64,000 nucleotides of DNA from Vicugna vicugna (Eukaryota): contig MU058037.1 in NCBI GenBank assembly GCA_013265495.1, positions 1,055,498 to 1,119,497 on the forward strand, given 5' to 3'. The notes under the pieces are model-generated. The model was not told where the DNA came from, made no database searches, and saw only the letters and a program-made list of their open reading frames with translations. Each line of letters begins with the position of its first letter. Position 1 is the first letter of the stretch. The position numbers were made by a program, and so were the translations under genes. This document shows, one piece after another, positions 52,668 to 64,000 of the stretch.

Positions 52668-55263
52668 GAGACAAAGCCAAAGAGGTGAGCTAAACTTCTG
52701 TTTGGCCCTCTGAAGGAAAATTCTTCCCCCACCTCACCTAAAGCCTGTGCCTGGGAGTCATATGCCAGTGGAGTTGGGACCATTAGGCAGACTTCCTAGG
52801 AACTCTCTGTATCTGCTGTGGCCAAGGTTAAGGCCACTCACAGCATCCTGAGGATGCTGCCTCCTTAAGAGTTCCATCAGGGTATTTTCCTCTGGGGCAA
52901 CAAAGGTCCCAGGGGCAGAGAGCACAAATACTTTAGAAAAAATCCACCTTTTGGCTACAGAATTCAATCCAGCTGGGGACCAGCCGAGTTCAGGAAGCTG
53001 CTCCTCCGGATCTGATACAGAGCTCACTAGCACAAGCCCAGCTCCTGCCACAGGGCAGCCAAAGGCATTGCTGCATCCCTTCCTGCCAGGCCTCGGAATC
53101 ATTACTAGTGTAGTGACCTTGAGATCCTTCTCCTCTGTTCTGGAAAAGGCAAATCTTCCAGAAGACATTCCCCGAAAATAATCTGTATCATCTTACACTC
53201 ATTCAATAACCATGATAACCAGAAAAAATAACAGGCCTCCTGTCCTTTGCTGTTTGTTTACAATAAAAGCACATACTTGTAGGGAACACAGAATTCTAAA
53301 CAAAAATTGGTGCTTATTTGACCATACTAAATTTCTAGTCGAAATCTATACTGTTGGTTTCACAACACAAAACCACTCATGACTTCCTGAGAAACGAGAG
53401 GGGAAAGACAGGGAGACAGAGATAACAAATTTACACTTTATTCACAGGAGCAGAGGCATCCTTGTTTATCTTTTACAGTGATCCCCCTTAGCAAAGAGCA
53501 CGACAAAGCCACATCTCCACACTTCCATTCTGAGACCAGAGTAACCACCACAAAAGCCGAAGCGTTAGTACTTAGCCCACTTCAGGTATCTGGACCCTCT
53601 CCCCAACCAGGAAGCAGGTCACTAGGAAATGCTGAGGTCAACACACCTTAGAAGACACTGTAATTAACTGCAGTCCAGAGCCTGATGGTGAGGGAAAGGA
53701 AAGCTTCTCCCCCCCACAAATCGGAACATTTTTCCAGCTTTCCCAATGGGTTGCCAAGTGACTCAGCACTGGCCCGGTGTGGGCACTATTATTGATGAGA
53801 AATCTTCCGCCTGGGTGATATACTGCATACAACACATGCCCAAAGAACAGTGCCAAGTCATACCAGGAAGAGCAGGCGAATTATTCACCTCCACTTCGGA
53901 TGCAGGCAAATCCTGTCTTAATGCAGGGGCTACTCAGCATCAGAAAGACAAAGCCTTCAGATTGTCAGAGATTTCCACCTAAGATTCAAGGAATTAATAG
54001 GCAGAACCTCTCCTTTTTTGTTGACTATTAAAAGGCAATCAAATAGAGAACAGCACAGAAAAAGGGTAAGAAAAAAATAATTTTTCAAAAACAATCCCAT
54101 AGCAGAAAGCTGCCTAACAGCCTTAAGCACCTTCAGTGTTGTCTTTATGAGTGCTATGAGCTCCACCCAGAGGTCATTTCCAGATCTGCATGTTCATTTA
54201 ATTTGGAAAAAGAAAATCTGCATCTTCTGGGGTCCAGAGCACAACCAGCCTTGGAGAACTGCTGGAAATTCTTGGACAACATTCCGTCTTTCTTGCCTTT
54301 CACTAAAAGAACCGCTCTGAACTCTGAAATGCAAGAGGGAACCTGGTGAAATCCAGCAAGACAACCACCTCTCATATTTGCACCTGTCGAGGAACTAGTT
54401 TGAGTTCCTGGCAGGTTGAACTCAGCTCAAAGACAGCAGAGTGTTCAAAGAGTACTTTTAGAAGAAAAAGCAAGGGCTCTCACTGAAATAAAATCTAAGA
54501 CTGGAGAGAAACTCAGAGGGCAAATGAGAATGTGTCTAGTTTTAGAAGGACAGAACAATCCTCCTTCAAGAAGGACGCATGGCCACTTCTCTAGAAGGCC
54601 CCATTTTAAGGCACCCATTCCCTTATGCAATGCAGAAGATCGCCCACTAAAGCAATCACCAGCAATACTCTCCAAAGAACTGATTGCAGTCCCCAGAACA
54701 TTCCCCTTGTATCCATCCATTCATAACATGCTCACGGTCCTCACCACCCCACCCCCACATCAGTGGCCCCCAGTCAACAAGGCGTCAGGCTCAGATCAAG
54801 CTCCCAGTGTGTTAGGCTCTCAACTGCCCAGTGCAAGACATGCTCTGTTCCAGATATCACAAGCTACCCCAACAAAGAAATGAAGCCTTCAAAAAACAAA
54901 AACAAAACCCCAATAATATGTTGGTGCAGAAAGTTTCATCTACTATCTGCAAAACTTCTCATCACAGTCCGCGTGCCCCTGCCTTCATCAGCTTGTGCCT
55001 TACATGACTTAAGACAGCTTTGACAGATTCTCAAGGAGGGAAAAAAATCAAACATACCCTTTGTCTTCCTCCAACACCCCCACCTCCCCACCACCCAAGT
55101 TCTTTCTTCACTATAAACACTGAACAGCCTTTTCGTGTCTATTGACAAAAATATCTATGGCAATGTTTATCCACCTCAGGTGTATTAAAGCTCCAGAAAA
55201 TATCTGTGCTAAACCTCTGCACATTCTTATTTCAACAAGGCTAAGCATTCCCAGAATGTTACC

Positions 55264-55572
55264 TTTTTTTTTTTAATAGACTTTATTACTTAGAGTAGTT
55301 TTAGGTTCACAAAGCTGAACAGAAAGTACAGTTCCTATATACCCCTGCTCCCACACATGCCAGCCTCCCCCATTATCAACATCCTCCACCCGCCCAGAGT
55401 GGGACACTGGTTACAATCAAAGAAACTGCACTGACACATCATCACTATCCAGCGTCCATAGTTTACATCAGGGCTCACTCTTGGTGCTGCACATTCTATA
55501 GGTTTGGACAAATGTATAACGACATGTATCCACCATCATACAGAGGAGCCTCCCTGCTCTAAAACTCCTCTC
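55264..55572 (-). mobile_element. L1MA/MB-like 3' end
   Basis: Poly(T)-aatagacttta...ttttaggttcaca...gggctcactcttggtg. Confidence 0.82.
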
Positions 55573-55640
55573 CTTCTTCATTTCTTGACTATAACGCAAA
55601 AATTTCTGTGCTCAGCATGACTCAGTATGGTGGCTCTAAG

Positions 55641-55822
55641 CAGTGTTCCCAAGGCCTGTGTAGCGGCAAGAATCACTAAGGAGACTGGTTAAAATCACAG
55701 ATGTTCAGACTGCACCCTCAATCCACTAAATCAGACCTTGCTAGGGAGGGGCCCAGAAAGCTATAGATCATCCAGGCACCCCAGGTGATTGCTATCATGA
55801 GGAAAAGTTTCAAAAATACCTC
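55641..55822. mobile_element. MER5B-like MITE
   Basis: cagtgttcccaa...gaatcac...ctaaatcaga...ccccaggtgatt. Confidence 0.6.
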
Positions 55823-56629
55823 TCTAAAGAAGAAATACTCCGAAGTTCAGTCTCCCAGCGGCAGAGCAGCATCCGTTAAGAATACAGCAGGTGTTTCCTA
55901 CCCAAGTGAGCTCCAGCTCCATCAGAATACCTAGACTTCAAGATGGGTCCCACTCTTTATTTTTAAACAGCAAGGCTCCTGATACTTTTCTTACTTTCTT
56001 TCCTTATCCTGTTGCAGAGCACCAGAAAGTTTTACAGGGCCTAGTAAGCGTCCATTTCTATTAGGAAATATTTTTGGATTCCTACACAATGGTCTACTAT
56101 TGGTCTACAGTTTAAAAGCATGCCGTTTGGATCACTTGTGCAAAGTGATGGTTTAGAAAGTAGATCTGCTTGGTTACAGGAAAGGATTTGCCCAAGGACA
56201 TGAGCACACATCGTGCAAGGAGCAGAAGGACACACAGCCAATATGGGTTTTTCTTCTGTGTGCCTTGAGGGCTCCTCTGCCAGCTGCTCCCCCTGGCTCC
56301 CCACCGCTCTGCATTCTGCCACAGCCAATGAAGGTTTATGGCAAAATTCGCTGAGCCACAAGCCATGTGGCTCTTACAGACGGCAATTAGGAGAGAAGGA
56401 AAGGCCCAATTACAAGGTGTTTGAAAATACAGTTTGAAAAAGTCAGATCTTGTTTTCTTTTACCTCCTGGTAATAAAATCTATGTATTCATCTCAAAACA
56501 GACACGGAACTCTGGGGTCATTCAGAGTCAACAGCTCAGTCAATATAAAAATCCACTACATGGTCAATGTGGAACATGAAAACTCATTATGTCAGAAGTC
56601 ATACTATTTTCATCAAAAGGAATCCTTAC

Positions 56630-56731
56630 CTTTTCTTTGGCTTTCCATTTTGTCCCTGCATCCATCCACTCATTTTCTTTCTCTAGCATGTCAACAAAGG
56701 CCCATCGAACACCCTCAATCAATTCCTCCAT
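56630..56731 (-). CDS. PHEX: PHEX exon 12 (102 bp, phase 0-0): [34 protein letters not shown]
   Basis: Acceptor tttccttgtag|ATG and donor AAG|gtaagg; peptide matches remembered [38 protein letters not shown]. Confidence 0.97.
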
Positions 56732-58017
56732 CTACAAGGAAATATGCAAAGAAGCAGGTCAAAACCAAGAAGCTCCAGACAGGTTTTCTAGGCCACAAGA
56801 AACAGTTCAGTGCTAAACACGGTGGGGAAAAGGCTCCTTTCAGCTTGATTCCATGCTCTGGCCACATTTCTTTTCCTGAGAAAATGCCTTTTTCCCCCCA
56901 TTGCTAGAAGGAAACTAACCATTTCTTTCCTTGAGAACAATTTGATGGCTCAGTTTTAAAAAGATTATATGGGGAAAAGAATTTGCCATAGGTTATGACT
57001 AATAACTTAACTGCAGATACTATATTAGCCCAGCCTCATCAAGGATGCAACTAATTTTAATAGTTTACTAAGGGTTTGAGAAAAACAAGCCAAGGCATGG
57101 GCTGTGTACTTCAGACAAGTACTGCAGAAGAAAGTGAACAGTTGAAAAAGACACTGTTAACAGAGAAACAGGCATGGAGAGCCAGCACCCCAAAGGACAC
57201 TTTTCTGACACAAATCAGACTTAGCGCAGGACCCCAGTTCTCTCCAAATTAGAGCCAGTGCTTAAATCAAATGCTTGGCTGTCATCTTCCTCCTCTCATC
57301 TCTCCTCCCTGACAGCTCAGAAAAGTCTTCAGTTATTTCCAATCTAAAATGGTAGGTCGAAAGGGGCTGCAACAGAAAGGCTATCTTCTGAAAGACCTGT
57401 TTCAAAGTCTTCCAACAGTGAGACCACACCCACACTGATGACCTTTGCCCTGGCTTTTCTTAGAGCATACAAGGGTCAGCAGAGAGGATTGGGGGAGTGG
57501 AGCTGTGTAGAGATGTTCACATTTAACTTCACAGGTCCACACGGAGCAGTCTGGGGAGGACCTGCCTGTCTAGGGGTGCAAATCCCTGGAAATGCCATTC
57601 TCCTGCACAGATGCTTCAGTTTTCCTAATAGGACACTCAAGAAAGAATAAAATATTAGGTTTGGCACCAAAATTAAGTTTTCCATTGGAGTTTATGGGAT
57701 TGTAAATCCTTTTTTGGCATTAATTCTGGAAGGAAAGAAGTTTAGATGTTTCCTTGGTTCTAGAATGAACTGTCGGCAGAATTTTTTTTTTTGTTTAATA
57801 AGTTTTCAGCTCTGTTTTCAGTTCAATAACAGTTGTAAGAGAGCTGTAAATCAGTGGGCTGGGTTCCATCATATGTAAATAAGAACAAACAGCAGATGGA
57901 AGGGGGAGGACTTCACAGTTATTTCTTTCCAACTTGGTAAAAATATTAAAAGAAAAGAAATCTGAACTTGGGGTTGGGGCATGATAAAAACATGAAATGA
58001 CAGAAGGGAAATCATTA

Positions 58018-58320
58018 AGTCACTGGCTCTTAACCCTGTCTGTACACTGGAGTCTTTGGGAGGAGCTTTAAACAAACCTGAGGCCTGAGCCTCAGGGTGC
58101 TGAATGACGTCACTGTTGCAACATGAGGCCCGAGCTCTGGGATTTTAAAGCCCCCCAGGTGCTCTACTGAGCAGCCAGGATGAAGACTCACTGGGCTAAG
58201 TGAAGCCCATATTTTACAGACAAGGAAATTAACAGCCAAGAGAGTCCACAATCTGTCCTAGCTCTTACAGGTATGGAGGGTCAGAGCCAGGACCTGATCA
58301 CAAAGCTAAATGACAGTTGT
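58018..58320. mobile_element. MER5A/B plus MIR fragments
   Basis: ttttaaagccccccaggtg; attttacagacaaggaaatt. Confidence 0.55.
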
Positions 58321-58528
58321 GAGCTCAGAACTTCCAGCAGCAACAGAGGTGTTCCTCATAAATCAGAGGAAAATACTAAGAAAGTAGAAGAAAACCAAGA
58401 GACGCGGCAGTGACAATTTCAAACAGAAACCCCACAGAAGGAGGGTGCTAAACCAACCAGGAAATCTTCAGGGACTACATTTTTTGCCTGTGCAGCCACC
58501 AGCACCCGTTAAGTCTTTATGACATCAC

Positions 58529-59031
58529 TGTAGGGGAGCAAAATTTGCCAACCTAAAATATGTTTCTTTGGTATATCGTTTTAAGCTGATTATTTTCTGA
58601 GAAACAGCAGATATGGGAAGAGATCTGGGAACCAAGTAGGAGTCACTCTTTTATGAGAAACATCTATATCCATGTCTCCCTCTCTGTACCCAGAAGAGGA
58701 AGATGACCAAATCTGGAGAAATTTATCAATGGGGAAGGCAGTGACCTAAATCTGCATCACAATCACCTTGCTTATTGTGCTTTTCCTGGTAATCTCCCGT
58801 AGCTGATTCTCCTCACCCCCAACATCCTCTGTTTTTAGCTGAAGATGGTATATAAGGTGGGGGCTCGGGTCATTTTGATGAGTTACTCAGTTTTCCCAGG
58901 TCTCTCCCACATACACATGTTATTAAACTTTGTATGGTTTTCTCCTGTTAATATGTCTCACGTCAATGTAACTCTGAGGCCAGACAGAAGAACTCACAGA
59001 AGGGCAGAGGGAAATTTCTTCCTCCCTGATA
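58529..59031 (+). mobile_element. ERV1 (MER34-like) solo LTR
   Basis: tgtaggggagcaaaatttgcca...gctgaagatggtatataaggtg...attaaactttg...ttcttcctccctgata; TSD tcac/tcat. Confidence 0.85.
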
Positions 59032-59274
59032 TCATCATGCAGCAACACACATCAGCCAGCCCATCACCTTCACATAAAAAGAGAAACAGTATCTTCCCAA
59101 ACAAGGGAGGAGCAATAGGAACGGAAACAAATGGGTGTGTTCATTAATTCACCAACCAAATCAATAGAATCAGGTGATTAATTTTATGTGGGGAGGTGAG
59201 GAATAGGAGGGAACAGTCAGATTCATTTTCAGGCTTCAGGCACAGGCAACTAGGTGGATACTGCCACCATTTTC

Positions 59275-59555
59275 TTTTTCTTTCCTTTGTTTTTATTTTG
59301 TTTTGTTTTTGTGTGGTTTTTTTTTTTTTGCATTTAAAAAATTGAGGTATAACTGACATACATTATATTAGTTTCAGATGTACAACATGATTCGCTATTT
59401 GTATATATTATGAAATGATCGCAACAATAAATCTAGTTAACATTCATCACCACATATAGTTACAGAAATTTTTTTTCCCTTGTGATAACTTTTTAGATCT
59501 ACTCTCTTAGCAACTTTCAAACATGCGATTCAGCATTATAAACCACAGTCACTGG
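59275..59555 (-). mobile_element. L1MA-like 3' end with T-rich tail
   Basis: aattgaggtataactgacatac...tctactctcttagcaactttcaa. Confidence 0.85.
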
Positions 59556-59799
59556 GACAGAAAGAGGGCTGAGGACAGAGGCCAGACCTCAGGGGGAAGT
59601 GGAGACATCAAGTCTAGATGACCCAGTCGAGGAGGGTTGTCTAGGAAAGAGAGAAAGCAAAGACAGGGCACAAGAGGATATAGGGTTAAGAGAGGGTTCT
59701 AAGGGTGTTGTGTTTGGGTTGTGTGCATCTGTTCGTTGCTGCTGCAGTTGTGGTTGTTGATCATGTGAGAGATTTTACCATATTTAAATACTGATGGAC

Positions 59800-60135
59800 A
59801 TTCAACAAGAAGACAACTTGCTTTAAAAAACATGAGCCAAAAACCTTAACAGACATATCACTGAAGAAGACCTACAGATGGCAAATAAACATGAAAAGAT
59901 GCTCCATATCACATGTTATCAGGGAAATGCAAACTAAAACAATGAGATATCACTACACACTGATTAGAATGGCCAAAGTCCACAACACTGACAATACCAA
60001 GTGCTGACGAGGATGTGGGCCACTCACTGCTGGAGGGAATGCTAAACAGTAGAGCCATTTTAGAAGACAGTTTGGTAGCTTTGTTACAAAACTAAACATA
60101 CTTTTACCATACAATCCAGCCATCACATTCTTTGG
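59800..60135 (+). mobile_element. L1MC/MD ORF2 C-terminal fragment (tail resumes ~60620-60670)
   Basis: acagatggcaaataaacatgaaaagatgctc...aaactaaacatactttt accatacaatccagc. Confidence 0.8.
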
Positions 60136-60619
60136 TGTAAGGATTATCTCAAGCTGATTATTTTCAAGAAACAGCACACAGGAAAAGCTCTGAAAACCAA
60201 GAGGTTACCCTCTTGGAAGAGATAATTGCATTTATAAGGGAAATTTGCACCCGTAAGGGTGTCTCCCTCTCTGTACCAGGAAGAGGAAGTTGACTAAATC
60301 TCTAGAAACTTACCAGTGGAGAAGTCAAAACTTAAATCTGTGTACAACCAGAACCCTTGTTTACTGTGCTTTTCCTGATAACCTCCCTTAACTGCTCCCC
60401 CACCCGCAAACATCTTCTTTGTCTTTAGCTGGAGATGGTATTTAAGGTGTTTGGGCCATTTTAGGAAACTACTCAGTTTTCCTGGGTCTCTCTCATGTAT
60501 ACAGGAGATACACATGTTATTAAACTTCCGTTTTTCTCCTCTTATTTGTCTTTTTATTACAGGAAGGTCTCTGCTAAGAACCTAGAAAGGGAGAGGGAAT
60601 TTTTTTTCCTCCTCCTACA
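60129..60619 (+). mobile_element. ERV1 (MER34-like) LTR lacking its first ~40 bp
   Basis: Clear similarity to the 58529-59031 LTR (gtctccctctctgtacc, tgtgcttttcctg, ctcagttttcc); ends cctcctaca. Confidence 0.82.
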
Positions 60620-60984
60620 TTGCAAACCTAAAACTGCTCTAAAAACAATTAAATCTTTAAAAAAAAAAAAGTCTTTTGCAGGAAAGAAAATTTTAAAAAA
60701 AGGAAGAAAAACAATGGAAAGGATCCAGTAAAGAGGAGGTGGTGAAAACACAGGAGAAAAAAAAAAAGACACATATGGTCCCTGAGAGGGCAAAGGGGGA
60801 TGGGATTCAGGGAATATATGGAAGGATTCACCTGAAACATGAGACAGGATTATGAGAGGCGAGAAGCATAAAATGATGGACAGGAATGTAGAAGAATCTA
60901 CAGGTAAGACGGTGGAAAGGTGAGAGTCCTAGCAGAATGGCATGTCTTTTCTCTATGAAATAGGAGCAAGATCATCTGCTAAAA

Positions 60985-61491
60985 GGAAGGTCTCTCTAAA
61001 AAGTTCCATTTCCTCACACACATCCTGGCAGCATGAACATCTGAAGGAAAAACGGGGCTGGTCTAACAAGATAACTCACAAGTCTAGGAATGTGAAGGAG
61101 AGGCTGGGCTGGACTAACAAGTCTAAGTATTGGAATACTGATCTGAGTTCTGCTAGACTAACTTGTAAATCTAGGTTAATTAGTGTTGGTTTGCTGTTCA
61201 TGTTTTCTGCTAGCCAGCTGGGTTTTCAAAGATACATATCTGGCTTTGGAATGTTGGTTTGCTGCCTCCCCGCCTCCACTTTTGTGATGATAATGCTGCT
61301 AAAGCTGTTCCATGCCTATAGGCCAAATACCCCAAGCTTGTACTTTACCCTACAAAACCTCATGTGCATGTCTTGGAGGTGCTCAGAGCTTCGGAGCAGA
61401 AGCCCCTCTGAGCCCGCCGGCGTAATACATCTGAGTACTCCAACCCTCCGAGTGGTGCTTGTTTCTTGACTGGCCTGTCGTTTCCGTAACA
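60985..61491 (+). mobile_element. Probable ERV solo LTR (family unassigned; 5' boundary uncertain)
   Basis: gctcagagctt..gagc..aagcccctctgagcccgccggcgtaata U5-like segment ending gtttccgtaaca; CpGs retained. Confidence 0.6.
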
Positions 61492-62126
61492 AACATACTG
61501 GTAGGAAGAGGGGTATTCACAGATGAGGACAAAGAGGGCAATGAAAGGTTTCCTCTCAAAACCCTATCCAAAATGTCACCATAACAGAAAGCCCCTAAAG
61601 AATATGTAAAAAGCTGAATATATCCAAGGAAAATATTTATATGAAGGAGTACAAAAGCTAATCTGCTTTCACAATGATTGAAAATAAATTAGTTAATCAA
61701 ATAAAACAAGCACTCTCCAAGCCAAAGAGATCTTGGCAAATGTGTATTTTGGAATTTGGGGATTTTCATGGTGAATCTTAAGGTCATTTTGCCTCTATTC
61801 TCTTTGGAGCATTTTTATGAAGTATGGATTATTATTAAAATAGGCTGAGTGCTTCCAGATACCTCTCCCTAAGCACCTTGGCTTCTTAGGACTCTCCTTG
61901 GCCATTCCTGGGTGCTAACAATGGCTTTTTAATTCATTAACATTTTAATCATTTTGCATAGTTTTCAAAGCTCTCTGTCTGTACCTTGCTGATTGGCATT
62001 CTAAATGGAAATACAGTGACAAAAACATTTCAGCCTATTGCTGGGATGAAGAATGACTAACAGTTGATTCATATGCAGCTCCCTTCCTCCTCTTCCTTTC
62101 CTTCTTGCACCCTTCCCTCCCCTTAC

Positions 62127-62559
62127 TGAGACAGGAGGAAAGGAGACAGGGCACAACCACTGAAGGAATGACACAGCCATTGAGGACAGGACAACTGTTT
62201 AGAACCAAGATGGTGGAGGATTCTACTTCCAGTAGACTTTGAGCCTCATGCCATACCCACAGGTGCCATGACAATTTCCAGACCAAAGGTCAAAAACTGG
62301 GCGGGGGCCCAATTCCTGGAACTCTCCACCCCTTCCCCCAAAATAGGTGGAATAACCCTCCTACTTGTTAGCAATATGAAATTACTGAGCCCATGAAAAC
62401 TAACAACCCCACTCACAGTCGCTCTCGCTCTCTCTTGCCATCTGAGACTCTGTCTGTGGAGTACATATCTCCTGGAATAAACTTGCTTTTACTTTACTAT
62501 GCCTCGCTCTTGAATTCTTTCCTGTGCGACAAAACAAGAACTTATATTCTCCAACATCA
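62127..62559 (+). mobile_element. MER41-like ERV1 solo LTR
   Basis: TG...CA termini; perfect 4-bp TSD ttac; cccacaggtgccatgaca, aataaacttgcttt, ctcgctcttgaattctttcctg motifs. Confidence 0.8.
62313..62321. promoter_or_regulatory. GAS (STAT) consensus TTCCTGGAA within MER41-like LTR
   Basis: Matches TTCnnnGAA; GC box gggcgggg about 10 bp upstream; function untested. Confidence 0.45.
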
Positions 62560-62641
62560 TTACCACCTCTAACTTCCCTAAACCTGCGCTTTGATAGCTC
62601 AATCTTTCTGTGACCCTCTTACAGATGTAAAAATCGAAGCA

Positions 62642-62961
62642 CAGTCAGCCCTCTGTATCTGCAGGTTCCACATCCATGGATTCAACCAAGCACAAATTGA
62701 AAATATTTAGGGAAAAAATTTTCAGAAAGCTCCAAAAACCAGAACTCGAATTTGCAGCCTCCCAGCAACTATTGTTATAGCATTTGTATTGTACTAGATA
62801 CTATAAGTAACACACAGAGACGATTTAAAGTATATGGGAGGATATGTGTAGGTTATACACAAATATTACACCATTTTATATTAGGGACTTGAGCATCCAC
62901 AGATTCTGGTATCCGCAGGGGGTCCTGGAATCAATCACCCGCGAATGCAGAGGGATGGCTG
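62642..62961. mobile_element. MER2-like Tigger MITE
   Basis: cagtcagccctctgtatctgcaggttcc.catccatggattcaacc...gagggatggctg-TA TIRs. Confidence 0.85.
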
Positions 62962-64000
62962 TAATCGCTCTCCTCTTTTCTTTCCCTGTGAGCCTTGGCT
63001 GGTCTCTGCCCTAGTCCTCTGAGGCACCACCACTCCCCATCCCAGGCCCCATCACAGATTTTCAGCTTTTTTCTTTCTGCACACGTTACACATTTATTGT
63101 ATAACATTTTCTGTGAAATGGTACTGAACTACCTCAGGAGACTTTAAGAACAAGGGAAATCTCTGAAGGTGATTAATGTCATTGGTTGGCATGTCAATGC
63201 AAATAAGAGAAATAATGATTTTAGTATGCTGGATCTAGAAGATAAATTACCGAACCCTTCTGATTTTTATCTTCAGACTACTCTACACCATCACATAATA
63301 ACATCGCCTTCAGTCAAGTCATGTTCCCTGAGGCAGAAAAAGTCTGATATAATTTTTAAATAAGAAAAAAAGACAGAAATACTATTTCTTCACCAAAACT
63401 TGACCTAATGCCCCAACCAGCCAGCCTATAACATTAATAGAAATCACCTAAATTGGAAGTCATAAGGTGAAGTTATCCATAGAAAATATTTATTTAGAGT
63501 CAAAAATCAAAACATAACATATAAAAATTAACCCAAGTGTTATGGCAAAATTTGCCACATTCAGGATAAGAGTCCTCCAGGTAAAGCAGCATTTTGTTAA
63601 GCATCTACTTCTTTCAGATTTTACGAATCCACACTGAAAACAGAGCTCATTTGGTCAGCCTATGGGCAGTTGGTAATTGTTTTTCTCAATTAATGTTATT
63701 TAAAAGTGATTTTCCCTTTTCACTCTTTGCACTCCAGGGTTTTGCCCACAGCATCCTACATCAGACACCAGACCCTGGTGAGTCCCAAATGCATATGCAT
63801 ACATCTGTTACCTTTCCAGCAAAGGTTTTTTTTAAAAAGAGATTCTTCTGAGTTAGTACATTAAAACTGTCTCAACTTCCTCTTTTGACCCCTCTTTACC
63901 CCTTCTCCCCTCACTTAGACATCGGAACTTTGTGTTCTATACAAATGGGTCAAGATGGGTTTATTAATGCATTTGAAGGGACATATGCCAATATTGCTTT

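Noticed and set aside
56434..56907. 157-aa plus-strand ORF
   Set aside because: Antisense shadow of PHEX exon 12; non-ATG start
58529..60619. Two-LTR provirus
   Set aside because: The interior is L1 and other host sequence with no retroviral coding; the LTRs are visibly diverged and the first has its own TSD
60942..61469. 175-aa ORF as a retroviral gene
   Set aside because: Lies in LTR-like sequence; no gag, pol or env motifs

Overview
Mammalian genomic DNA, most likely a camelid (tRNA-Ala-derived Vic-1-like SINEs; no Alu, B1, Bov-A or PRE-1 seen). The whole window lies inside the PHEX gene (M13 zinc endopeptidase, X-linked in eutherians) on the minus strand. Four coding exons were read directly with canonical AG/GT boundaries and a continuous frame: exon 12 (56630-56731), exon 13 (28324-28401), exon 14 (20024-20127) and exon 15 (11520-11578). 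Exon and residue numbering follow human PHEX from memory. The rest is intron, rich in L1, L2, L3/CR1, MIR, MaLR/ERVL/ERV1 solo LTRs and hAT/Tigger MITEs. Apart from one ORF overlapping exon 13, the ORF track contains only chance or repeat-derived ORFs. I found no evidence of a novel multi-gene system, CRISPR array or RNA gene. The best second-look items are an apparent Arg-to-Trp change in exon 12, short inverted templated insertions inside microsatellite filler, a ~570-bp-arm head-to-head L1 hairpin in intron 13, a MER41-like LTR with an intact STAT (GAS) site, a perfect 20-bp forkhead-like palindrome and possible antisense-transcript splice signals. Repeat subfamily names were assigned by eye and need RepeatMasker/Dfam confirmation; boundaries of old repeats are approximate.
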